A DNA stretch of 35,561 bases from an uncultured Gammaproteobacteria bacterium (lineage in GTDB: Bacteria; Patescibacteriota; Patescibacteriia; Patescibacteriales; UBA12465), in contig CAYGOK010000006.1 of NCBI GenBank assembly GCA_964351585.1, positions 1 through 35,561 of the forward strand, in the 5' to 3' direction. This document shows, one piece after another, positions 8,202 to 17,200 of the stretch. Both the position numbers and the translations under genes were made by a program. The notes beneath the pieces are model-generated. The model did no database searches. It saw only the letters and a program-made list of their open reading frames with translations, and had not been told where the DNA came from. How positions within the stretch are numbered: the first letter of the stretch is position 1; every line of letters starts with the position of its first letter.

Positions 8202-9677
8202 CTATCTTAGCTGGTTTTTCAAAATTAGCAAACGGCCAATGTTGGCTAAAGTAACCTCATATCCAGGGTTGACGGCTAACTCTAGGCGAAATTCTTCCTC
8301 GGCTGCCTCCAGCTCATTTCGATCAAGATAAATTACTCCTAAATTATTATGAGCCATTTTCTCTTGCGGATTAAGTTCCAGGGCTCGACGATAAGAAGCG
8401 GCCGCATCGTCGAGTCTATTTTCAAAATATAACATTGCCCCTAAATTACGGTGCGCGAGCGGCGAACGCGGTGAACGCTCAACTGCAAATTCCCAAAAAG
8501 ATAATTTATCTTTGAAATTTGGTAAATGGAGAGCTGATAAAATAAAAAATAAAACTAAGACTAAAACAGAAAAAACATTAATTAAACGGCGGACTAAAAG
8601 AGGGTGATTAATTATCGAAGATAAGTCGGGCCAGCGAAAATCTTTTAAAATAAAAATTAATCCAAAAAATGGTAAGTAAAGGCGGTGTTCTAATAATAAT
8701 AAATAATAGAACTCTTCTGGGTTAGGACTAATAAAGGCAGGTAAAGTAAAGGCGATAAACCAAATCAAGCCGAAAGATAGCCAGCCTTTAATAATTAACT
8801 TAAATCGGGCAGCGAACGCTATTAGGAGGATAGAAGCAAGTCCATACAAAATAGTTACATCTGCCATCACTGGCATAATCGCCAGATTAAAAGGAAAGAG
8901 AAATTTGCCAAAATTAATTATTGCTGCTGGAGAATTATCTAAAACTGCTAGCATGATTGTGAGCAGACTGCCTACATCGCCATCAATCGCCAGGCGACGA
9001 AATAAAAACCACAAAATCAAAGAAGCGGCACTACCTAAAACAAACAACCACATATCATTTCGAGACAACTTCTTATCATTTAAAAATAGGTAGTAAAAAG
9101 CAAACAGAACAGGCATGACAATTGCGACTTCCTTAGTAAATAGCGCCGCTAGAAAAAATAATGAGCTTCCAGCAAAAGCCTTTACTCGAGGCTTGTCCAG
9201 AAAACTAAGAAAACACCAAAAAGAAGAGAGAATAAAAATTGCTAAAATTGAATCATTGCGTCCTGGAATCCAAGCGACAGCCTGAACTAGGGCCGGATGA
9301 ATAAGAATAAAAAGAGATAACCAAAGAGCGCGTACTTCAGTAGTTTTCAATTTTTTTAAAACTGCATACAGTAAGCAGGCCGCTAAAATATGTAACAGTG
9401 CATTCGTTAAATGAAAAAACCAAGGCAAGGTTCCTGAAACTTGCATATCTAACATGAAGGATAGATTCAAAAGCGGGCGATAATAAAAATTCTGCTGTGA
9501 AAAGAAAGCATCATCTATAAATAAGCGACCAATATTAGAGACGTCACCAATAATTGAACTGTTTTCTATTAATAAAGCCTGGTCATCAAAATACGAAAAA
9601 TCAAAAAAGGCTGTCCAGGAATACAGCAGCAAACCGATAAAAATTATGGTTAAATAAGGGTAGCGTTTTTTAAACAT
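8202..9677 (-). CDS. GT-C fold membrane glycosyltransferase (PMT_2/TMTC-like) with about three C-terminal TPR repeats
   Basis: It is polytopic. The first extracytoplasmic loop has 'FDFSYFDDQALLIEN', the GT-C acidic DD motif, as in TMTC 'F-x-F-DD-x2-A-I-x2-N'. The C-terminal TPRs read 'AHRNLGAMLYFENRLDDAAASYRRALELNPQ...NNLGVIYLDRNELEAAEEEF'. The ATG at 9677 is preferred, because the track start at 9686 is TTG. Confidence 0.7.
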   Translation of the reverse strand: MFKKRYPYLTIIFIGLLLYSWTAFFDFSYFDDQALLIENSSIIGDVSNIGRLFIDDAFFSQQNFYYRPLLNLSFMLDMQVSGTLPWFFHLTNALLHILAACLLYAVLKKLKTTEVRALWLSLFILIHPALVQAVAWIPGRNDSILAIFILSSFWCFLSFLDKPRVKAFAGSSLFFLAALFTKEVAIVMPVLFAFYYLFLNDKKLSRNDMWLFVLGSAASLILWFLFRRLAIDGDVGSLLTIMLAVLDNSPAAIINFGKFLFPFNLAIMPVMADVTILYGLASILLIAFAARFKLIIKGWLSFGLIWFIAFTLPAFISPNPEEFYYLLLLEHRLYLPFFGLIFILKDFRWPDLSSIINHPLLVRRLINVFSVLVLVLFFILSALHLPNFKDKLSFWEFAVERSPRSPLAHRNLGAMLYFENRLDDAAASYRRALELNPQEKMAHNNLGVIYLDRNELEAAEEEFRLELAVNPGYEVTLANIGRLLILKNQLR

Positions 9678-9695
9678 ACGCGACAAACCAAAAAA

Positions 9696-10424
9696 CTATT
9701 TTATTTTTCCAAAAACATATTTCACGGCCACAAAAACTGTATCCAGGCCATATTTTAAACTCCTCCAAAAATTAATCGAAGAGGCTTCCTCAAAATAACG
9801 AACTGGCACCGGAATCTCACCAATACGATAATCATGAGCCACAATTTGAAACAACATCTGACTGTCAAACACAAAATCATCAGAATTTTTTTGCCAATTA
9901 ATATTTTCTAAAACTTCACGTTTATAAGCGCGCATACCAGTATGCCACTCTGATAGATTGCGCCCGCTGGCTAAATTCTCAAACATCGTCAAAGCACGAT
10001 TGGAAATATATTTATATAATGGCATGCCGCCCGCCAAGGCTTCACGCCGACTTCTAATTCTGGTGCCCAGCATCACATCAAAATAATCATCGGCAATAAA
10101 CTCAGCAAAATATTTAACTAGCTTGGGGTCATACTGATAATCGGGATGAATCATGGCAACAATATCGGCGCCATGCTCCAGAGCTAAGCGATAGCATGTT
10201 TTTTGATTACCCCCATACCCCTTATTCTCGCCATGTTCAAATACAATAATACCAAGTCGCTTCGCCACGGCCACAGTTTCATCATGACTCTTATCATCTA
10301 CCAAAATTATTTCATCAACCAAGCTCGGCAGATCGGCTACTGTTTTTTCTAAAGTAGCGGCCGCATTATAGGCCGGCAAAACAACAATGATTTTCTTATT
10401 TTGATACATAAACAATACGAACAT
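9696..10424 (-). CDS. GT2 glycosyltransferase, DPM1/GtrB-like polyprenyl-phosphate sugar synthase. It is the soluble type, with no C-terminal TM helices.
   Basis: Motifs are 'IIVVLPAYNAA', 'ILVDDKSHDET' and 'IHPDYQYDP' (compare DPM1 'DADLSHHP'). Possible starts are TTG 10427, ATG 10424 and ATG 10409. All of them overlap the stop of the upstream ACD gene (10396-10398). Confidence 0.8.
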   Translation of the reverse strand: MFVLFMYQNKKIIVVLPAYNAAATLEKTVADLPSLVDEIILVDDKSHDETVAVAKRLGIIVFEHGENKGYGGNQKTCYRLALEHGADIVAMIHPDYQYDPKLVKYFAEFIADDYFDVMLGTRIRSRREALAGGMPLYKYISNRALTMFENLASGRNLSEWHTGMRAYKREVLENINWQKNSDDFVFDSQMLFQIVAHDYRIGEIPVPVRYFEEASSINFWRSLKYGLDTVFVAVKYVFGKIK

Positions 10425-12438
10425 CAACCGCCAGCGGTTTAGTGTCCGTCATTATTAATGGATTAATATCTAACTCTTTAATTTCCGGATAATCATTAGC
10501 GAGTTGTGATAGCGCTACTAATATTTTAGCTAAACCATTAAGATCGTATTTCTTTTTACCCCGGGCGCCATCTAAAATTGAAAAGAATGGTAACTCTTTG
10601 ATTAGATTAAGAGCGCGAGCTTGATCTAAATCAGCAATAGCTAGCTTGGCCTGCTTAAAAACTTCGGCATAAATTCCTCCTAGTCCCAACAAAAGAACTG
10701 GACCAAAAGATAGATCACGCTTAATGCCAACAATTAATTCTAGTTTACCCATGGCTTGCGGCTGAACAACTAGATAATTTTCTTGATTAAGAAAAAGCTT
10801 AGTCTGTGACTTCAGTAAACTCGTGGCCGCTTTCTGTAGAGAAGCCTCGTCTTTGAGGCCAATAACAACACCATCCTTATCAGTTTTATGTAAAAAACTA
10901 GGACCAACCGCTTTTAGAACAACTGGAAAAATTGAGTTTGCTAACTTAGTTTTTCCTGGGTCATATTTAATAGTTTTGCTAGTTGGAATTTTATAATTAT
11001 GAATGAGTGCTAGTGACTTTAAGTAATCACTACTCATTAAAGCCGGCTTCTTTTTTTGAAAGGCGGAAGGATTTATACGATAGGGCGTTAAAGTCTTAAG
11101 CAGACGACTACGCTTAGCTAAATAAGAAATAGCAGCAATAGCTTGTTCAGGGTGATCAAACGAAGGAAGGTTAGCTGAAGACAAGATTTGTTTAGCTTCA
11201 GCTACAGCTTGTCCCCCCAAAAAACTAGCAACTATTAAGCGCTTTGGTTCACGCTTAGCAATCATAACTACTACCTTAGCTATTTCCAAGGAATCAGTCG
11301 CTGCTTGGGGAGTTAATAAAACTAAAATAGGCTCTTGGCCTCCACCAGCAATAATTTTTTTTAGCGCCTCAGTATAACGCCCTGAATCAGCGTCTCCTAA
11401 AATATCTAAGCTAGTAGAAACTTCTAAATTACGCCGCTCGGCTTCATCAGCTGATAGAACTGCCAAGCCGCCAGCATTAGTTAGAACTTTTAATTTCGAA
11501 GGGATACTCTGACAGGCGGCTGGAGATTGCAACATAATTAATAAGCCAAATAGGTCTTCTAAATTATCTATCATCACTGCGCCGGCTCTAGCCAGCCCTG
11601 CTCTTACTGCGTCTTTTGAACCCGTAAGCGCACCGGTATGAGAACGAGCTAATTCACTGCCCCGCTCACTAGCGCCAGCCTTAAGCACAATTATCGCTTT
11701 ATGCTTAGAAATCTTGGAAACTAAATCAAGGAAACGCCGACCAGAACGAATGTCTTCTAAATACATCACAATAGCATCAATATCTTTTCTAGTTGAAAGG
11801 TATTCAATAAAATCATTCTCATCTAAAACCGTCTTGTTGCCCAAGCTAATAAAACAAGCTAATTCTAAATTTCTAACTTTCAACCAATCAAGCGCTGCAC
11901 TACCAACCGCACCAGACTGAGATAAAAGAGCGATGCGTCCAGCTGATTTTTTTGTTGTAGATGATTTTTTTGAGGTAACAGATAAGCGTCCAGAAAAACT
12001 AGCATTTAAATTTGTTAACCAACTAATAAAGCCTAAACAGTTCGGTCCTAGAATATTCAAATTATATTCCTTAGCCAAAGACTGTAACTCGGCCTCCCTC
12101 TTTTTACCCTCACCACCAATTTCTCCAAAGCCAGCACTGATAATTATAATATCCTTAATTCCCAAGCGACCACATTTCTCAATTTCCGATAAAACAAAGG
12201 CGGCCGGAATAGCAATCACTACCAAAAGTTGACGACGTTCTCGATTTGAAATAGCCTCAAGACTAGAGTAAGCAGGTAGGCTAGCAATTGTTTTATCCTT
12301 TAAATTAATCGGGTAAATAGAACCTGAAAAACCACCTGAAATCAGGTTATCGAGAATCTGGCGGCCAATTTTAGATTTATCGCGTGATGCACCGACAACG
12401 GCTATAGCAGCGGGCTGAAAGAAATTTTTTAAATTCAT
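10396..12438 (-). CDS. Acetate--CoA ligase (ADP-forming), also called acetyl-CoA synthetase ACD, with alpha and beta domains fused
   Basis: 680 aa. It has a CoA-binding N-terminus 'AVVGASRDKSKIG', 'LLSQSGAVG', the phosphohistidine loop 'ARSHTGALTGS' and a C-terminal ATP-grasp-like half. Confidence 0.85.
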   Translation of the reverse strand: MNLKNFFQPAAIAVVGASRDKSKIGRQILDNLISGGFSGSIYPINLKDKTIASLPAYSSLEAISNRERRQLLVVIAIPAAFVLSEIEKCGRLGIKDIIIISAGFGEIGGEGKKREAELQSLAKEYNLNILGPNCLGFISWLTNLNASFSGRLSVTSKKSSTTKKSAGRIALLSQSGAVGSAALDWLKVRNLELACFISLGNKTVLDENDFIEYLSTRKDIDAIVMYLEDIRSGRRFLDLVSKISKHKAIIVLKAGASERGSELARSHTGALTGSKDAVRAGLARAGAVMIDNLEDLFGLLIMLQSPAACQSIPSKLKVLTNAGGLAVLSADEAERRNLEVSTSLDILGDADSGRYTEALKKIIAGGGQEPILVLLTPQAATDSLEIAKVVVMIAKREPKRLIVASFLGGQAVAEAKQILSSANLPSFDHPEQAIAAISYLAKRSRLLKTLTPYRINPSAFQKKKPALMSSDYLKSLALIHNYKIPTSKTIKYDPGKTKLANSIFPVVLKAVGPSFLHKTDKDGVVIGLKDEASLQKAATSLLKSQTKLFLNQENYLVVQPQAMGKLELIVGIKRDLSFGPVLLLGLGGIYAEVFKQAKLAIADLDQARALNLIKELPFFSILDGARGKKKYDLNGLAKILVALSQLANDYPEIKELDINPLIMTDTKPLAVDVRIVYVSK

Positions 12439-12442
12439 ATAT

Positions 12443-12652
12443 TTATTTTCTATTATTGATAAGCGCGACTAGACCAGAAACAATAATTAAGACTACTAGA
12501 TAATTCAAATTAAAATAAGCTAAAACTGTATTAGGAAAAATCACTTCTAGAATCGCTAAGGTCATTAAAAGACAGGCAAAGAAATAAAAAAATTCACGCG
12601 CTAAAATATCGAGAGGTAATTTTTTAATAGAAGTAAATAATTTTTTAACCAT
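12443..12652 (-). CDS. Small two-TM membrane protein, function unknown
   Basis: 69 aa with an ATG start. It is packed 4 nt from the ACD start and 11 nt from the upstream stop. It has two hydrophobic helices and no recognisable motif. Confidence 0.5.
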   Translation of the reverse strand: MVKKLFTSIKKLPLDILAREFFYFFACLLMTLAILEVIFPNTVLAYFNLNYLVVLIIVSGLVALINNRK

Positions 12653-12663
12653 AAATACAATTT

Positions 12664-14175
12664 CTAAAAACCATCATCAAGCCGAAAAATTTTCTGCCAC
12701 AAATTTCTACCAGCAAATTCTATTTTCACTGATTCAATTTCTAAATAATCTTCTTGACCATTGTCCGTCTTTAACCCTGGCACCGAAATCATAAAATTAT
12801 ATTTCCCTTTTTCTCGATAAACACCTTTAAGTCGAAAAGTTGCCGTGGCTTCGGTAGTTTCTTCGATTGTTATCGCTGGCTCATAATTAGCAATAACATA
12901 TTGCACGTTATCATCAAGCCTAAAGTAGCGATCAAGTTTAGTAAATTGCGGATTAAACAAACTATCAGCGGACAAGGCAAAAACACCATTATTTTCCAGC
13001 ACTATATCGTCTTTTTTTAGATTAATCTGGTTAGCCTGACCGCGCTTACCGGCTATAAAATCAAATTGCTCATAAGCAAGATTGAGGTCAAACTGTTTAT
13101 CAGCAAAACTGAATTTGTGTAGACTTGCTGGTCCCATCGCCTTAACTTGCAAGTAGTTAGCATCAGTAAAAATCTCTATCTCCCGACCATAAGAAACCGG
13201 CCAAAATTTATTTGCAAACACAAAACGATTGGTAGAAATATTAAAATTCTTAATAACCATGTCATTGCCAATCTTAAATTCTAAACGATAAACTCCCGGC
13301 GATAAATTATCCTTCGTTAAAGTTAAACTTTTCTCCTCTTCCTGGCCGCTAGTAGGCTCTAAATTAGCATCTTCAAAATTAGCTTCTGCAACTATACCAC
13401 GAGCATCAGTTAGAATAAGTCGCGCCGGATCAGGGGCCTTATCTTGATTTAGATCAACAAAATTAGCCAACAAATTAAATTCAGAACCATCAAGATAAAT
13501 AAATAGACTATGACTCCCACGTAGAGGAATGTTTACCTGCTTAGCGACCGTAGAAGTATCTTCTTCTGGCCAGGTAAAATTAGGATATAGCGGATAGTTA
13601 TAAGTCGCGAGACACTCGGTCTCTTTTCCAGGGCAACCAGTTAAACCTCCAGCACTCACATCATCTAAAAATTTATTAATATCTTGATAGTTATTTTTTC
13701 TCTGCAATAAAATAACGTCATCACCCTCAACTTTATGCCAAATATGTTCTAGGTTTGATAAAATTGAATTTTCTAAAGGTTGCAGGTCGTAGCGCCAAAC
13801 TAAATTATCAGCTAAAACACCAGCCTCAATAACAGGGGTGCTACTAGTTAAGTATGAGCGGTAGCGAACAGTTAGTTTAGCCTGGGAAAAGGTACGCGGC
13901 GTAAACACTGAAAAATATACTGGATCACCAACTAATCGCGGATATACTCCGCGATTCTCGCTCACTCTTTCTACGGGTGTAAAGTTATAGATAAAACCTT
14001 TGCCCGAGCGCAGCCACTTACCATAATCTTTCTCGTAAGTTGCTTCTCCTGCGGGGACAATTTTCAAACATAAAAAAAGAGCACTGATAAATAAAATCAG
14101 CGCTATCCAAAATAGACGGATTTTTACTAAAATCGATAAATTTAAAAACTGGCGCGGTGAGAAAATCTTGGCCAT
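12664..14175 (-). CDS. Membrane-anchored (N-terminal signal-anchor) beta-rich extracytoplasmic protein, function unknown
   Basis: 503 aa with an ATG start. It has a single N-terminal TM 'IRLFWIALILFISALFLCLKIV' followed by ~460 aa with no motif I recognise. It is the first gene after the rpoC terminator. Confidence 0.7.
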   Translation of the reverse strand: MAKIFSPRQFLNLSILVKIRLFWIALILFISALFLCLKIVPAGEATYEKDYGKWLRSGKGFIYNFTPVERVSENRGVYPRLVGDPVYFSVFTPRTFSQAKLTVRYRSYLTSSTPVIEAGVLADNLVWRYDLQPLENSILSNLEHIWHKVEGDDVILLQRKNNYQDINKFLDDVSAGGLTGCPGKETECLATYNYPLYPNFTWPEEDTSTVAKQVNIPLRGSHSLFIYLDGSEFNLLANFVDLNQDKAPDPARLILTDARGIVAEANFEDANLEPTSGQEEEKSLTLTKDNLSPGVYRLEFKIGNDMVIKNFNISTNRFVFANKFWPVSYGREIEIFTDANYLQVKAMGPASLHKFSFADKQFDLNLAYEQFDFIAGKRGQANQINLKKDDIVLENNGVFALSADSLFNPQFTKLDRYFRLDDNVQYVIANYEPAITIEETTEATATFRLKGVYREKGKYNFMISVPGLKTDNGQEDYLEIESVKIEFAGRNLWQKIFRLDDGF

Positions 14176-14184
14176 ATATCTTAT

Positions 14185-14212
14185 ATTTTACGCTAAAAAC
14201 CGAAAAAAACAA
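14185..14212 (-). promoter_or_regulatory. Candidate sigma70-type promoter for the 503-aa gene, nested in the T-tail of the rpoC terminator
   Basis: On the minus strand, TTGTTT (14212-14207) is followed by a 16-nt spacer and TAAAAT (14190-14185). The predicted TSS is only ~2-4 nt before the ATG at 14175, so the transcript would be near-leaderless. This is a motif match only. Confidence 0.3.
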
Positions 14213-14244
14213 AGCACCCTCGGCCTTTACGACTCGAGGGTGCT
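14196..14244 (-). terminator. Rho-independent terminator downstream of rpoC
   Basis: On the minus strand there is a perfect 10-bp stem 'agcaccctcg'/'cgagggtgct' (14244-14235 and 14222-14213) with a 12-nt loop. It is followed by 'ttgtttttttcggttttt'. Confidence 0.7.
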
Positions 14245-14272
14245 AATCAACAAAATACTGCGAAAATTCTAA

Positions 14273-17200
14273 TTACTTACTGTACTCAAAACGCTGTTTT
14301 TTTCCTTTATAGCCAGTACCAGCCGGGATTAAGCAACCGATGATGACATTTTCCTTTAAGCCTTCAAGATAATCAATCTTTCCGGCAACCGCAGCGTCAA
14401 TTAAAACGCGAGAAGTTTCTTGGAAGGAAGCAGCTGATAAAAAGCTATCGGTAGTAAGTGAGGCCTTGGTAATACCAAGTAATAATCTTTCGGCTTGAGA
14501 AGGTTTCTTAACATCTTTATTGGCCTGGAAGAATACCTCTTCTTCAATTGTTTCGCCAGGTAAAAGATTAGTATCTCCAGAATCAGTAACAAAGAAACGA
14601 GAGAACATCTGGCGAGCAATGATTTCAACGTGCTTGTCATTTAAAGGTTGCCCTTGAGAAGAATATACATATTGGATTTCTCTAATAATATACTTCTGAG
14701 TTGCTAACTGACCTTTAAGTTTATAGAGCTCACGTAAATCAAGACTGCCTTCGGTTAACTGGGTACCGCGCTCAATAATTTCACCATCTTTAACCAACAT
14801 CATTGTGCCTTTAAGAATAGAGTGCTCTTTAACTTTTTCTACCTCCTTGGCAACGCTGACATACTTGTCTGTCACATGAGCAATACCAGCCACCTTAGCT
14901 TTGACTAAATTACCGCCAACTGAAAATAAATCAGAATTCTTATCAACCTGTTCTCCGTCTTTAGCAATAACCTTAACTTCCAATTTCTTCTTATCCTTAG
15001 TAGTTAGCCCTTCAGCTAATTTAATTTCATTAATCTTTTCTGAGAAGTAATATTTATCACTATCTTCACCCTTATAATAAACACTCAAAATCTTGGCCTG
15101 TGGATTGTCAACGAGAATTTCCTTGCCATCCTTATCACGGATAGTCTTTTGAGCAAACTCAATCTTTACGCGACCAGCTACATCAGAAATCAAAGCTTTT
15201 TTCTTTGGGCTTCTGGCTTCAAAGATTTCTTCAACACGAGGCAAACCTTGGGTGATATCTTCTTGTCCAGCTACACCTCCAGTATGGAAGGTTCTCATAG
15301 TAAGCTGCGTTCCTGGTTCACCAATAGACTGAGCAGCAATAATACCAACGGTAGAGCCAATCTTCACCTCCTTATTGAAAGCTAAGTCCCAGCCATAACA
15401 CTTAGCACAAATACCCTTATGCATATGACAGCTAAGAACGGAACGAATCTGCATTGAGCTAACTGAAGAGGCCTTAATTGCTTTCAAATTATCTTCATCC
15501 ATGATATCGCCAGCTTTAACAATTACTTTGCCATCCGCATCAACTGCATCTTGAGCTAAATAGCGTCCGATAACTTTCTTATAGAAATCTTCACCAGCTT
15601 GTTCAGCGTCGGCCTTATTAATAATTACACCAGTTGTGTCGCCACAATCATCTTCAGTAACAATCACATCTTGAGAAACATCAACTAAACGTCTAGTTAA
15701 ATAACCAGCGTTAGCGGTTCTAAGAGCAGTATCAGACAAACCTTTACGTACACCGTGAGTGGAGATGAAATATTCCAAAACACCGAAACCTTTTTTGAAA
15801 TTACCTTTAACCGGTAATTCTAAAATGGCACCAGATGGAGAAGTTACCAAACCTTTCATACCTAAAATCTGCACCGGCTGAGCCCATGAACCACGAGCAC
15901 CAGAGTCAATCATTGAATACACCGGCAAAATATCATTCAAACCTTTCTTACAAATTTCAGCAACCTTATCCTTAGTATTAGTCCATTCTTCAATAACCTT
16001 AGAATAGCGCTCACTTTCAGTTAACAAGCCTTCTTCATACTGCTCTTGGATAGTATCAATCTTTTCATTAGCCGCTTCAATTAAGCGATCCTTTTCTGGT
16101 AAAGAAGGTAAGTCACCAAAGCCCCAAGATAAGCCAGACTTAGTAATAAAGGCAAAGCTACGATTCTTTAAGTTATCAATAAAACGAACAGTCTCTTCTT
16201 CGCCGTAGATATGCAAACATTCACGAATCATATCTTTTAACTTGCCCTTACCAACAACATCATTAACGAAGCGAAGTTTTTCAGGAAGAATGGAATTAAA
16301 AATTAAACGACCAACTGTAGTTTTGAGCATACCGTCTTCACGTTTGACATAAATTGGTTCATGCAAATCAATGAAGTTGTTATCATAAGCCAAATAAGCC
16401 TCATCTTCATTATAGAAATGACGAGCTTCTTCTTTTGGTTTATCAGCATAATCCTTGTTAACCAAGGTAATATAATAGGTGCCCCAAACAATATCTTGTC
16501 CAGGAGCGATAATCGGATCACCAGTCGCTGGCTTAAGTAAGTTATGAGTAGAAAGCATCAAGTGTTCAGCCTCATGCTTAGCTTCCTTAGTTAAAGGAAC
16601 GTGAACAGCCATTTGGTCACCATCGAAGTCGGCGTTAAAAGCTGTACAAACTAGAGGATGAATTTGAATCGCCTTACCTTCAATTAATACTGGGCGGAAA
16701 GCCTGAATACCGAGACGATGTAAAGTCGGAGCGCGATTAAGTAAAACAAAGGCGCCCTTAACAATTTCTTCTAAAATATCCCAAACCTCATCATGACCAG
16801 CCTCAATATAACGAGAAGCACTGCGAACATTATGAACTATTTCCCTCTTAATAAGTTGGGAAATAATAAAGGGCTTGAATAATTCCAAGGCCATAATCTT
16901 CGGCAGACCGCATTGATCAAGGTTAAGCTTCGGATTAACAACAATAACAGAGCGACCAGAGTAGTCAACACGCTTACCAAGCAAATTCTGACGGAAACGT
17001 CCCTGCTTACCCTTAAGTGTATCAGCCAAAGATTTTAATTGTCTCTTCTGACCAGTAGAAGCGGTTACGGTTTTAGTATGACGGGCAGAGTTATCAATCA
17101 AAGCATCAACTGCTTCCTGAAGCATTCTCTTTTCATTGCGACAAATAACTTCTGGAGCATTTAAATCTATTAATTGCCTCAAGCGATTATTACGATTAAT

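Noticed and set aside
14018-14212. 64-aa minus-strand ORF overlapping the 5' end of the 503-aa gene
   Set aside because: It starts inside the rpoC terminator tail and runs out of frame through the signal-anchor region of the 503-aa gene. It is most likely spurious.
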